A DNA stretch of 64,000 bases, from the NCBI GenBank assembly GCA_040954595.2, contig CM082579.2:14360550-14424549 (forward strand). Direction: 5' to 3'. This DNA comes from Balanoglossus misakiensis (lineage: Eukaryota > Animalia > Hemichordata). Positions 49,951-63,500 of the stretch are shown here, piece after piece. The stretch's first letter is position 1; the number at the start of each line of letters is the position of its first letter. The notes below the pieces were generated by a model, which was not told the DNA's origin, did no database searches, and saw only the letters and a program-made list of their open reading frames with translations. The position numbers and the translations under genes are program-made.

Positions 49951-50471
49951 GTGAGACATAAACAAGTCACTTGCAACATAACTTCAAGTCACTATTTTCA
50001 CATTTAACACATTCCGAACTTATTTCAGAATTCCGGATAAATTTTTGGAATGACCTTTTAATCTCAGGTGTCTTTTTCTCATAGGATTACATTGATAATT
50101 GCTAGAAAACAAACTTCTACTATTGTCATTTTCACGAAATTTTACACATAGCTCAGTCTAGTAAATATAAATTCATTGGTCAAATAAAATTGTGTGATTA
50201 CAATGCTCTATTTTGAGATAAATTTCTTTAAGGTTTTTGTCCATAGACAAACCATTGGTGAACCATGCTGAGTCAGCAGGTTTCTTCTATTATCAACTAA
50301 GTTAATGGCCTTGTATTTCAAAAGCAAGCAAGGTGACGCCTTTATTTTATCACAGATTCATCTTGTACGTACACAAGATAATCCCAAAATTCACGATTAA
50401 AAGAAATGACAATACTTTCAATTTTACTGAACGTACATTGTTTTAATCCAATCCATGTTCCTTCTTTGTAG

Positions 50472-50657
50472 ATATAAATGAATGTGCTTCACATTCTTGT
50501 GATCAACTTTGTAAAAACACTGCAGGTGGTTTTCAATGTTCCTGTGAAGAAGGCTATCTCTTATATGCAAATAACGGCACAGGTGGATTCTATCTGCCAC
50601 CTGGAGAAACTGGTCTCTCAATGTATGATGTCTACACTTTTAACCAATCATGTGTTC
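50472..50657 (+). CDS. Exon: calcium-binding EGF domain with uif-type insertion
   Basis: ttgtag|DINECASHSCDQLCKNTAGGFQCSCEEGYLLYANNGTGGFYLPPGETGLSMYDVYTFNQSCV|gtaagt; 186 bp; not in the ORF track. Confidence 0.93.
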
Positions 50658-50686
50658 GTAAGTATCATGTTAAACTATAGAGTTAA

Positions 50687-50871
50687 AGGTATATGATCAC
50701 CCATGGAAAATTAGCTATATATAGTTACCATGGAAAATTGAAATCTAGCCAATCACAGATTTTCATTTGGTGGCACACGTGGAAAACAGGCGCCACCATA
50801 TGTTCTTTAGAATGCTCAAATACGCCATTCAGCCATATATGGGAATGTGTATTGAAGGTGACTGTATACTT
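50687..50871. mobile_element. TTAA-flanked MITE (Kolobok-like)
   Basis: ttaa|aggtatatgatcacc...ggtgactgtatactt|ttaa; second copy at ~36444-36576. Confidence 0.8.
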
Positions 50872-51172
50872 TTAACCAAGATTTGTCATATTATTGACCT
50901 TTATACCGCAATGAATTTGCAGCAACAAAAAGTGGACAAAAAGCTGAATTTCATAATTGGATTTCATAATTTTGCCGTAATTCAATAATGAAATGTGGAG
51001 AAAGTCAGCAGACCAACTTTGCACTGTTATTATTTATTTTGGATTTGTTTCCCTCCTGCTAACAAAAGTGTCCTCTCACCTCATGGCATGAAGATGCATT
51101 GAATTCTGAGAAAAAGGGGATTAATACTTGAGTGTATTTACAAAGACAAACAAGCTCACTGGTAGCATTTAA

Positions 51173-51279
51173 AGGGGAAGTCCGGTTCAGCTACATAATT
51201 GGGTAGCTTTGAGGTCATTCTTTCAGAAAAAAACATTGTGTAGAAATTATGCATACATCAGCTGGACAGGACTTCCCTT
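51173..51279. mobile_element. Short TTAA-flanked MITE
   Basis: ttaa|aggggaagtcc...ggacttccctt|ttaa; a related left end lies at ~47542-47620. Confidence 0.75.
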
Positions 51280-51512
51280 TTAATATTTCCAAGCAAGGCA
51301 ATTGGTTTACTGCAACAATTACTTTGAAAACACAGTGTAAAACAACAATCATGATATAAATGTTACTTTAATAGATAGTCATACTTATATAAGCATGACT
51401 GTCTATGTTGGTCTGTAAGTTGTATTTGAAAGAAAAGTTTCATGTACGAATAGTACAAAGATTGACATTTAGTCCACAAATCCCTGAAATGAGACAGCCA
51501 CGACCTACCATT

Positions 51513-54500
51513 AACATTAACCAGAGCACACAGTAACCAGGCCGTAGTGGACAGTGTTCTGCCCATTAATTTTGAGTGTTTGGTGGGGTCAACCTTTGCG
51601 TCAACATTAACCAGAGCACACAGTAACCAGGCCATAGTGGACAGTGTGCTGCCCATTAATTTGGAGTGTTTGGTGGGGTCAACCTTTGCGTCAACATTAA
51701 CCAGAGCACACAGTAACCAGGCCGTAGTGGACAGTGTTCTGCCCATTAATTTTGAGTGTTTGGTGGGGTCAACCTTTGCGTCAACATTAACCAGAGCACA
51801 CAGTAACCAGGCCGTAGTGGACAGTGTTCTGCCCATTAATTTTGATTGTTTGGTGGGGTCAACCTTTGCGTCAACATTAACCAGAGCACACAGTAACCAG
51901 GCCGTAGTGGACAGTGTTCTGCCCATTAATTTTGAGTGTTTGGTGGGGTCAACCTTTGCGTCAACATTAACCAGAGCACACAGTAACCAGGCCATAGTGG
52001 ACAGTGTTCTGCCCATTAATTTTGAGTGTTTGGTGGGGTCAACCTTTGCGTCAACATTAACCAGAGCACACAGTAACCAGGCCGTAGTGGACAGTGTTCT
52101 CCCCATTAATTTTGAGTGTTTGGTGGGGTCAACCTTTGCGTCAACATTAACCAGAGCACACAGTAACCAGGCCGTAGTGGACAGTGTTCTGCCCATTAAT
52201 TTTGAGTGTTTGGTGGGGTCAACCTTTGCGTCAACATTAACCACAGCACACAGTAACCAGGCCAGAGTGGCCAGTATCGTGCCCATTAATTTTGAGTGTT
52301 GGATGGGGGTCAACCTTTGCGTCAACATTAACCAGAGCACACAGTACCCAGGCCGTAGTGGACAGTGTTCTGCCCATTAATTTTGAGTGTTTGGTGGGGT
52401 CAACCTTTGCGTCAACATTAACCAGAGCACACAGTAACCAGGCCATAGTGGACAGTGTGCTGCCCATTAATTTTGAGTGTTTGGTGGGGTCAACCTTTGC
52501 GTCAACATTAACCAGAGCACACAGTAACCAGGCCGTAGTGGACAGTGTTCTGCCCATTAATTTTGAGTGTTTGGTGGGGTCAACCTTTGCGTCAACATTA
52601 ACCAGAGCACACAGTAACCAGGCCGTAGTGGACAGTGTTCTGCCCATTAATTTTGAGTGTTTGGTGGGGTCAACCTTTGCGTCAACATTAACCAGAGCAC
52701 ACAGTAACCAGGCCGTAGTGGACAGTGTTCTGCCCATTAATTTTGAGTGTTTGGTGGGGTCAACCTTTGCGTCAACATTAACTAGGCCAGAGTGGCCAGT
52801 ATCTTGCCCATTAATTTTGAGTGTTTGGTGGGGTCAACCTTTGCGTCAACATTAACTAGGCCAGAGTGGCCAGTATCGTGCCCATTAATTTTGAGTGTTT
52901 GGTGGGGTCAACCTTTGCGTCAACATTAACCAGAGCACACAGTAACCAGGCCGTAGTGGACAGTGTTCTGCCCATTAATTTTGAGTGTTTGGTGGGGTCA
53001 ACCTTTGCATCAACATTAACCAGAGCACACAGTAACCAGGCCATAGTGGACAGTGTTCTGCCCATTAATTTGGAGTGTTTGGTGGGGTCAACCTTTGCGT
53101 CAACATTAACCAGAGCACACAGTAACCAGGCCGTAGTGGACAGTGTTCTGCCCATTAATTTTGAGTGTTTGGTGGGGTCAACCTTTGCGTCAACATTAAC
53201 CAGAGCACACAGTAACCAGGCCGTAGTGGACAGTGTTCTGCCCATTAATTTTGAGTGTTTGGTGGGGTCAACCTTTGCGTCAACATTAACCAGAGCACAC
53301 AGTAACCAGGCCGTAGTGGACAGTGTTCTGCCCATTAATTTTGAGTGTTTGGTGGGGTCAACCTTTGCGTCAACATTAACCAGAGCACACAGTAACCAGG
53401 CCATAGTGGACAGTGTTCTGCCCATTAATTTTGAGTGTTTGGTGGGGTCAACCTTTGCGTCAACATTAACCAGAGCACACAGTAACCAGGCCGTAGTGGA
53501 CAGTGTTCTCCCCATTAATTTTGAGTGTTTGGTGGGGTCAACCTTTGCGTCAACATTAACCAGAGCACACAGTAACCAGGCCGTAGTGGACAGAGTTCTG
53601 CCCATTAATTTTGAGTGTTTGGTGGGGTCAACCTTTGCGTCAACATTAACCACAGCACACAGTAACCAGGCCAGAGTGGCCAGTATCGTGCCCATTAATT
53701 TTGAGTGTTTGATGGGGGTCAACCTTTGCGTCAACATTAACCAGAGCACACAGTACCCAGGCCGTAGTGGACAGTGTTCTGCCCATTAATTTTGAGTGTT
53801 TGGTGGGGTCAACCTTTGCGTCAACATTAACCAGAGCACACAGTAACCAGGCCATAGTGGACAGTGTGCTGCCCATTAATTTTGAGTGTTTGGTGGGGTC
53901 AACCTTTGCGTCAACATTAACCAGAGCACACAGTAACCAGGCCGTAGTGGACAGTGTTCTGCCCATTAATTTTGAGTGTTTGGTGGGGTCAACCTTTGCG
54001 TCAACATTAACCAGAGCACACAGTAACCAGGCCGTAGTGGACAGTGTTCTGCCCATTAATTTTGAGTGTTTGGTGGGGTCAACCTTTGCGTCAACATTAA
54101 CCAGAGCACACAGTAACCAGGCCGTAGTGGACAGTGTTCTGCCCATTAATTTTGAGTGTTTGGTGGGGTCAACCTTTGCGTCAACATTAACCAGAGCACA
54201 CAGTAACCAGGCCGTAGTGGACAGTGTTCTGCCCATTAATTTTGAGTGTTTGGTGGGGTCAACCTTTGCGTCAACATTAACTAGGCCAGAGTGGCCAGTA
54301 TCGTGCCCATTAATTTTGAGTGTTTGGTGGGGTCAACCTTTGCGTCAACATTAACTAGGCCAGAGTTGCCAGTATCTTGCCCATTAATTTTGAGTGTTTG
54401 GTGGGGTCAACCTTTGCGTCAACATTAACTAGGCCAGAGTGGCCAGTATCGTGCCCATTAATTTTGAGTGTTTGGTGGGGGTCAACCTTTGCGTCAACAT

Positions 54501-57500
54501 TAACCAGAGCACACAGTAACCAGGCCGTAGTGGACAGTGTTCTGCCCATTAATTTTGAGTGTTTGGTGGGGTCAACCTTTGCGTCAACATTAACCAGAGC
54601 ACACAGTAACCAGGCCATAGTGGACAGTGTGCTGCCCATTAATTTTGAGTGTTTGGTGGGGTCAACCTTTGCGTCAACATTAACCAGAGCACACAGTAAC
54701 CAGGCCATAGTGGACAGTGTTCTGCCCATTAATTTTGAGTGTTTGGTGGGGTCAACCTTTGTGTCAACATTAACCAGAGCACACAGTAACCAGGCCGTAG
54801 TGGACAGTGTTCTGCCCATTAATTTTGAGTGTTTGGTGGGGTCAACCTTTGCGTCAACATTAACCAGAACACACAGTAACCAGGCCGTAGTGGACAGTGT
54901 TCTGCCCATTAATTTTGAGTGTTTGGTGGGGTCAACCTTTGCGTCAACATTAACCAGAGCACACAGTAACCAGGCCGTAGTGGACAGTGTTCTGCCCATT
55001 AATTTTGAGTGTTTGGTGGGGTCAACCTTTGCGTCAACATTAACCAGAGCACACAGTAACCAGGCCGTAGTGGACAGTGTTCTGCCCATTAATTTTGAGT
55101 GTTTGGTGGGGTCAACCTTTGCGTCAACATTAACCAGAGCACACAGTAACCAGGCCATAGTGGACAGTGTGCTGCCCATTAATTTTGAGTGTTTGGTGGG
55201 GTCAACCTTTGCGTCAACATTAACCAGAGCACACAGTAACCAGGCCGTAGTGGACAGTGTTCTGCCCATTAATTTTGAGTGTTTGGTGGGGTCAACCTTT
55301 GCATCAACATTAACCAGAGCACACAGTAACCAGGCCATAGTGGACAGTGTTCTGCCCATTAATTTTGTGTGTTTGGTGGGGTCAACCTTTGTGTCAACAT
55401 TAACCAGAGCACACAGTAACCAGGCCGTAGTGGACAGTGTTCTGCCCATTAATTTTGAGTGTTTGGTGGGGTCAACCTTTGCGTCAACATTAACCAGAGC
55501 ACACAGTAACCAGGCCGTAGTGGACAGTGTTCTGCCCATTAATTTTGAGTGTTTGGTGGGGTCAACCTTTGCGTCAACATTAACCAGAGCACACAGTAAC
55601 CAGGCCAGAGTGGCCAGTATCGTGCCCATTAATTTTGAGTGTTTGATGGGGGTCAACCTTTGTGTCAACATTAACCAGAGCACACAGTAACCAGGCCGTA
55701 GTGGACAGTGTTCTGCCCATTAATTTTGAGTGTTTGGTGGGGTCAACCTTTGCGTCAACATTAACCAGAGCACACAGTAACCAGGCCATAGTGGACAGTG
55801 TGCTGCCCATTAATTTTGAGTGTTTGGTGGGGTCAACCTTTGCGTCAACATTAACCAGAGCACACAGTAACCAGGCCGTAGTGGACAGTGTTCTGCCCAT
55901 TAATTTTGAGTGTTTGGTGGGGTCAACCTTTGCGTCAACATTAACCAGAGCACACAGTAACCAGGTCGAGTGGACAGTGTTCTGCCCATTAATTTTAAGT
56001 GTTTGGTGGGGTCAACCTTTGCGTCAACATTAACCAGAGCACACAGTAACCAGGCCGTAGTGGACAGTGTTCTGCCCATTAATTTTGAGTGTTTGGTGGG
56101 GTCAACCTTTGCGTCAACATTAACTAGGCCAGAGTGGCCAGTATCGTGCCCATTAATTTTGAGTGTTTGGTGGGGTCAACCTTTGCGTCAACATTAACTA
56201 GGCCAGAGTGGCCAGTATCGTGCCCATTAATTTTGAGTGTTTGGTGGGGTCAACCTTTGCGTCAACATTAACTAGGCCAGAGTGGCCAGTATCGTGCCCA
56301 TTAATTTTGAGTGTTTGGTGGGGGTCAACCTTTGCGTCAACATTAACCAGAGCACACAGTAACCAGGCCGTAGTGGACAGTGTTCTGCCCATTAATTTTG
56401 AGTGTTTGGTGGGGTCAACCTTTGCGTCAACATTAACTAGGCCAGAGTGGCCAGTATCGTGCCCATTAATTTTGAGTGTTTGGTGGGGTCAACCTTTGCG
56501 TCAACATTAACTAGGCCAGAGTGGCCAGTATCGTGCCCATTAATTTTGAGTGTTTGGTGGGGTCAACCTTTGCGTCAACATTAACTAGGCCAGAGTGGCC
56601 AGTATCGTGCCCATTAATTTTGAGTGTTTGGTGGGGTCAACCTTTGCGTCAACATTAACTAGGCCAGAGTGGCCAGTATCGTGCCCATTAATTTTGAGTG
56701 TTTGGTGGGGGTCAACCTTTGCGTCAACATTAACCAGAGCACACAGTAACCAGGCCGTAGTGGACAGTGTTCTGCCCATTAATTTTGAGTGTTTGGTGGG
56801 GTCAACCTTTGCGTCAACATTAACCAGAGCACACAGTAACCAGGCCGTAGTGGACAGTGTTCTGCCCATTAATTTTGAGTGTTTGGTGGGGTCAACCTTT
56901 GCGTCAACATTAACCAGAGCACACAGTAACCAGGCCGTAGTGGACAGTGTTCTGCCCATTAATTTTGAGTGTTTGGTGGGGTCAACCTTTGCGTCAACAT
57001 TAACCAGAGCACACAGTAACCAGGCCATAGTGGACAGTGTTCTGCCCATTAATTTTGAGTGTTTGGTGGGGTCAACCTTTGCGTCAACATTAACCAGAGC
57101 ACACAGTAACCAGGCCGTAGTGGACAGTGTTCTGCCCATTAATTTTGAGTGTTTGGTGGGGTCAACCTTTGCGTCAACATTAACCAGAGGACACAGTAAC
57201 CAGGCCATAGTGGACAGTGTGCTGCCCATTAATTTTGAGTGTTTGGTGGGGTCAACCTTTGCGTCAACATTAACCAGAGCACACAGTAACCAGGCCATAG
57301 TGGACAGTGTTCTGCCCATTAATTTTGAGTGTTTGGTGGGGTCAACCTTTGCGTCAACATTAACCAGAGCACACAGTAACCAGGCCGTAGTGGACAGTGT
57401 TCTGCCCATTAATTTTGAGTGTTTGGTGGGGTCAACCTTTGCGTCAACATTAACCAGAGCACACAGTAACCAGGCCGTAGTGGACAGTGTTCTGCCCATT

Positions 57501-60500
57501 AATTTTGAGTGTTTGGTGGGGTCAACCTTTGCGTCAACATTAACCAGAGCACACAGTAACCAGGCCATAGTGGACAGTGTGCTGCCCATTAATTTTGAGT
57601 GTTTGGTGGGGTCAACCTTTGCGTCAACATTAACCAGAGCACACAGTAACCAGGCCGTAGTGGACAGTGTTCTGCCCATTAATTTTGAGTGTTTGGTGGG
57701 GTCAACCTTTGCGTCAACATTAACCAGAGCACACAGTAACCAGGCCATAGTGGACAGTGTGCTGCCCATTAATTTTGAGTGTTTGGTGGGGTCAACCTTT
57801 GCGTCAACATTAACCAGAGCACAGAGTAACCAGGCCATAGTGGACAGTGTTCTGCCCATTAATTTTGAGTGTTTGGTGGGGTCAACCTTTGCGTCAACAT
57901 TAACTAGGCCAGAGTGGCCAGTATCGTGCCCATTAATTTTGAGTGTTTGGTGGGGTCAACCTTTGCGTCAACATTAACTAGGCCAGAGTGGCCAGTATCG
58001 TGCCCATTAATTTTGAGTGTTTGGTGGGGTCAACCTTTGCGTCAGCATTAACTAGGCCAGAGTGGCCAGTATCGTGCCCATTAATGTTGAGTGTTTGGTG
58101 GGGTCAACCTTTGCGTCAACATTAACTAGGCCAGAGTGGCCAGTATCGTGCCCATTAATTTTGAGTGTTTGGTGGGGGTCAACCTTTGCGTCAACATTAA
58201 CCAGAGCACACAGTAACCAGGCCGTAGTGGACAGTGTTCTGCCCATTAATTTTGAGTGTTTGGTGGGGTCAACCTTTGCGTCAACATTAACCAGAGCACA
58301 CAGTAACCAGGCCATAGTGGACAGTGTGCTGCCCATTAATTTTGAGTGTTTGGTGGGGTCAACCTTTGCGTCAACATTAACCAGAGCACACAGTAACCAG
58401 GCCGTAGTGGACAGTGTTCTGCCCATTAATTTTGAGTGTTTGGTGTGGTCAACCTTTGCGTCAACATTAACCAGAGCACACAGTAACCAGGCCGTAGTGG
58501 ACAGTGTTCTGCCCATTAATTTTGAGTGTTTGGTGGGGTCAACCTTTGCGTCAACATTAACCAGAGCACACAGTAACCAGGCCATAGTGGACAGTGTGCT
58601 GCCCATTAATTTTGAGTGTTTGGTGGGGTCAACCTTTGCGTCAACATTAACCAGAGCACACAGTAACCAGGCCGTAGTGGACAGTGTGCTGCCCATTAAT
58701 TTTGAGTGTTTGGTGGGGTCAACCTTTGCGTCAACATTAACCAGAGCACACAGTAACCAGGCCGTAGTGGACAGTGTTCTGCCCATTAATTTTGAGTGTT
58801 TGGTGGGGTCAACCTTTGCGTCAACATTAACCAGAGCACACAGTAACCAGGCCATAGTGGACAGTGTTCTGCCCATTAATTTTGAGTGTTTGGTGGGGTC
58901 AACCTTTGCGTCAACATTAACCAGAGCACACAGTAACCAGGCCGTAGTGGACAGTGTTCTGCCCATTAATTTTGAGTGTTTGGTGGGGTCAACCTTTGCG
59001 TCAACATTAACCAGAGCACACAGTAACCAGGCCGTAGTGGACAGTGTTCTGCCCATTAATTTTGAGTGTTTGGTGGGGTCAACCTTTGCGTCAACATTAA
59101 CCAGAGCACACAGTAACCAGGCCATAGTGGACAGTGTTCTGCCCATTAATTTTGAGTGTTTGGTGGGGTCAACCTTTGCGTCAACATTAACCAGAGCACA
59201 CATTAACCAGGCCGTAGTGGACAGTGTTCTGCCCATTAATTTTGAGTGTTTGGTGGGGTCAACCTTTGCGTCAACATTAACCAGAGGACACAGTAACCAG
59301 GCCATAGTGGACAGTGTGCTGCCCATTAATTTTGAGTGTTTGGTGGGGTCAACCTTTGCGTCAACATTAACCAGAGCACACAGTAACCAGGCCATAGTGG
59401 ACAGTGTTCTGCCCATTAATTTTGAGTGTTTGGTGGGGTCAACCTTTGCGTCAACATTAACCAGAGCACACAGTAACCAGGCCGTAGTGGACAGTGTTCT
59501 GCCCATTAATTTTGAGTGTTTGGTGGGGTCAACCTTTGCGTCAACATTAACCAGAGCACACAGTAACCAGGCCGTAGTGGACAGTGTTCTGCCCATTAAT
59601 TTTGAGTGTTTGGTGGGGTCAACCTTTGCGTCAACATTAACCAGAGCACACAGTAACCAGGCCATAGTGGACAGTGTGCTGCCCATTAATTTTGAGTGTT
59701 TGGTGGGGTCAACCTTTGCGTCAACATTAACCAGAGCACACAGTAACCAGGCCGTAGTGGACAGTGTTCTGCCCATTAATTTTGAGTGTTTGGTGGGGTC
59801 AACCTTTGCGTCAACATTAACCAGAGCACACAGTAACCAGGCCATAGTGGACAGTGTGCTGCCCATTAATTTTGAGTGTTTGGTGGGGTCAACCTTTGCG
59901 TCAACATTAACCAGAGCACAGAGTAACCAGGCCATAGTGGACAGTGTTCTGCCCATTAATTTTGAGTGTTTGGTGGGGTCAACCTTTGCGTCAACATTAA
60001 CTAGGCCAGAGTGGCCAGTATCGTGCCCATTAATTTTGAGTGTTTGGTGGGGTCAACCTTTGCGTCAACATTAACTAGGCCAGAGTGGCCAGTATCGTGC
60101 CCATTAATTTTGAGTGTTTGGTGGGGGTCAACCTTTGCGTCAACATTAACCAGAGCACACAGTAACCAGGCCGTAGTGGACAGTGTTCTGCCCATTAATT
60201 TTGAGTGTTTGGTGGGGTCAACCTTTGCGTCAACATTAACCAGAGCACACAGTAACCAGGCCATAGTGGACAGTGTGCTGCCCATTAATTTTGAGTGTTT
60301 GGTGGGGTCAACCTTTGCGTCAACATTAACCAGAGCACACAGTAACCAGGCCGTAGTGGACAGTGTTCTGCCCATTAATTTTGAGTGTTTGGTGTGGTCA
60401 ACCTTTGCGTCAACATTAACCAGAGCACACAGTAACCAGGCCGTAGTGGACAGTGTTCTGCCCATTAATTTTGAGTGTTTGGTGGGGTCAACCTTTGCGT

Positions 60501-63500
60501 CAACATTAACCAGAGCACACAGTAACCAGGCCATAGTGGACAGTGTTCTGCCCATTAATTTTGAGTGTTTGGTGGGGTCAACCTTTGCGTCAACATTAAC
60601 CAGAGCACACAGTAACCAGGCCATAGTGGACAGTATGCTGCCCATTGATTTTGAGTGTTTGGTGGCGTCAACCTTTGCGTCAACATTAACCAGAGCACAC
60701 AATAACCAGGCCGTAGTGGACAGTGTTCTGCCCATTAATTTTGAGTGTTTGGTGGGGTCAACCTTTGCGTCAACATTAACCAGAGCACACAGTAACCAGG
60801 CCATAGTGGACAGTGTTCTGCCCATTAATTTTGAGTGTTTGGTGGGGTCAACCTTTGCGTCAACATTAACCAGAGCACACAGTAACCAGGCCGTAGTGGA
60901 CAGTGTGCTGCCCATTAATTTTGAGTGTTTGGTGGGGTCAACCTTTGCGTCAACATTAACTAGGCCAGAGTGGCCAGTATCGTGCCCATTAATTTTGAGT
61001 GTTTCGTGGGGGTCAACCTTTGCGTCAACATTAACTAGGCCAGAGTGGCCAGTATCGTGCCCATTAATTTTGAGTGTTTGGTGGGGGTCAACCTTTGCGT
61101 CAACATTAACTAGGCCAGAGTGGCCAGTATCCTGCCCATTAATTTTGAGTGTTTGGTGGGGTCAACCTTTGCATCAACATTAACCAGAGCACACAGTAAC
61201 CAGGCCATAGTGGACAGTGTTCTGCCCATTAATTTTGAGTGTTTGGTGGGGTCAACCTTTGCATCAACATTAACCAGAGCACACAGTAACCAGGCCGTAG
61301 TGGACAGTGTTCTGCCCATTAATTTTGAGTGTTTGGTGGGGTCAACCTTTGCGTCAACATTAACTAGGCCAGAGTGGCCAGTATCGTGCCCATTAATTTT
61401 GAGTGTTTGGTGGGGGTCAACCTTTGCGTCAACATTAACTAGGCCAGAGTGGCCAGTATCCTGCCCATTAATTTTGAGTGTTTGGTGGGGTCAACCTTTG
61501 CATCAACATTAACCAGAGCACACAGTAACCAGGCCATAGTGGACAGTGTTCTGCCCATTAATTTTGAGTGTTTGGTGGGGTCAACCTTTGCATCAACATT
61601 AACCAGAGCACACAGTAACCAGGCCGTAGTGGACAGTGTGCTGCCCATTAATTTTGAGTGTTTGGTGGGGTCAACCTTTGCGTCAACATTAACCAGAGCA
61701 CACAGTAACCAGGCCGTAGTGGACAGTGTTCTGCCCATTAATTTTGAGTGTTTGGTGGGGTCAACCTTTGCGTCAACATTAACCAGAGCACACAGTAACC
61801 AGGCCGTAGTGGACAGTGTTCTGCCCATTAATTTTGAGTGTTTGGTGGGGTCAACCTTTGCGTCAACATTAACCAGAGCACACAGTAACCAGGCCGTAGT
61901 GGACAGTGTTCTGCCCATTAATTTTGAGTGTTTGGTGGGGTCAACCTTTGCGTCAACATTAACCAGAGCACACAGTAACCAGGCCGTAGTGGACAGTGTT
62001 CTGCCCATTAATTTTGAGTGTTTGGTGGGGTCAACCTTTGCGTCAACATTAACCAGAGCACACAGTAACCAGGCCGTAGTGGACAGTGTTCTGCCCATTA
62101 ATTTTGAGTGTTTGGTGGGGTCAACCTTTGTGTCAACATTAACCAGAGCACACAGTAACCAGGCCGTAGTGGACAGTGTTCTGCCCATTAATTTTGAGTG
62201 TTTGGTGGGGTCAACCTTTGCGTCAACATTAACCAGAGCACACAGTAACCAGGCCGTATTGGACAGTGTTCTGCCCATTAATTTTGAGTGTTTGGTGGGG
62301 TCAACCTTTGCGTCAACATTAACCAGAGCACACAGTAACCAGGCCATAGTGGACAGTGTGTTGCCCATTAATTTTGAGTGTTTGGTGGGGTCAACCTTTG
62401 CGTCAACATTAACCAGAGCACACAGTAACCAGGCCATAGTGGACAGTGTTCTGCCCATTAATTTTGAGTGTTTGGTGGGGTCAACCTTTGCGTCAACATT
62501 AACCAGAGCACACAGTAACCAGGCCGTAGTGGACAGTGTTCTGCCCATTAATTTTGAGTGTTTGGTGGGGTCAACCTTTGCGTCAACATTAACCAGAGCA
62601 CACAATAACCAGGCCGTAGTGGACAGTGTTCTGCCCATTAATTTTGAGTGTTTGGTGGGGTCAACCTTTGCGTCAACATTAACCAGAGCACACAGTAACC
62701 AGGCCGTAGTGGACAGTGTTCTGCCCATTAATTTTGAGTGTTTGGTGGGGTCAACCTTTGCGTCAACATTAACCAGAGCACACAGTAACCAGGCCATAGT
62801 GGACAGTGTTCTGCCCATTAATTTTGAGTGTTTGGTGGGGTCAACCTTTGCGTCAACATTAACCAGAGCACACAGTAACCAGGCCGTAGTGGACAGTGTT
62901 CTGCCCATTAATTTTGAGTGTTTGGTGGGGTCAACCTTTGCGTCAACATTAACCAGAGCACACAGTAACCAGGCCGTAGTGGACAGTGTTCTGCCCATTA
63001 ATTTTGAGTGTTTGGTGGGGTCAACCTTTGCGTCAACATTAACCAGAGCACACAGTAACCAGGCCATAGTGGACAGTGTGCTGCCCATTAATTTTGAGTG
63101 TTTGGTGGGGTCAACCTTTGCGTCAACATTAACTAGGCCAGAGTGGCCAGTATCGTGCCCATTAATTTTGAGTGTTTGGTGGGGGTCAACCTTTGCGTCA
63201 ACATTAACCAGAGCACACAGTAACCAGGCCGTAGTGGACAGTGTTCTGCCCGTTAATTTTGAGTGTTTGGTGGGGTCAACCTTTGCGTCAACATTAACCA
63301 GAGCACACAGTAACCAGGCCATAGTGGACAGTGTGCTGCCCATTAATTTTGAGTGTTTGGTGGGGTCAACCTTTGCGTCAACATTAACCAGAGCACACAG
63401 TAACCAGGCCGTAGTGGACAGTGTTCTGCCCATTAATTTTGAGTGTTTGGTGGGGTCAACCTTTGCGTCAACATTAACCAGAGCACACAGTAACCAGGCC

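Larger units (their letters stand above)
38625..50657 (+). pseudogene. uif: uninflatable (uif/SP1070)-like multidomain surface-protein gene (CTL-CUB-CUB-CUB-Sushi x4-cbEGF x2...), partial and apparently disabled
   Basis: Thirteen exon-like segments with AG acceptors (all but the CUB1 N-half also with GT donors) occur in uif domain order. The extended EGF peptide YLLYANNGTGGFYLPPGETG...DVYTFNQSCV resembles the Uif EGF insert as I recall it. Lesions: lost donor at ~42178, frameshift plus TGA in 43996-44146, truncated Sushi exon 47441-47494. The 5' exons were not found. Orthology versus paralogy is unresolved. Confidence 0.7.
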
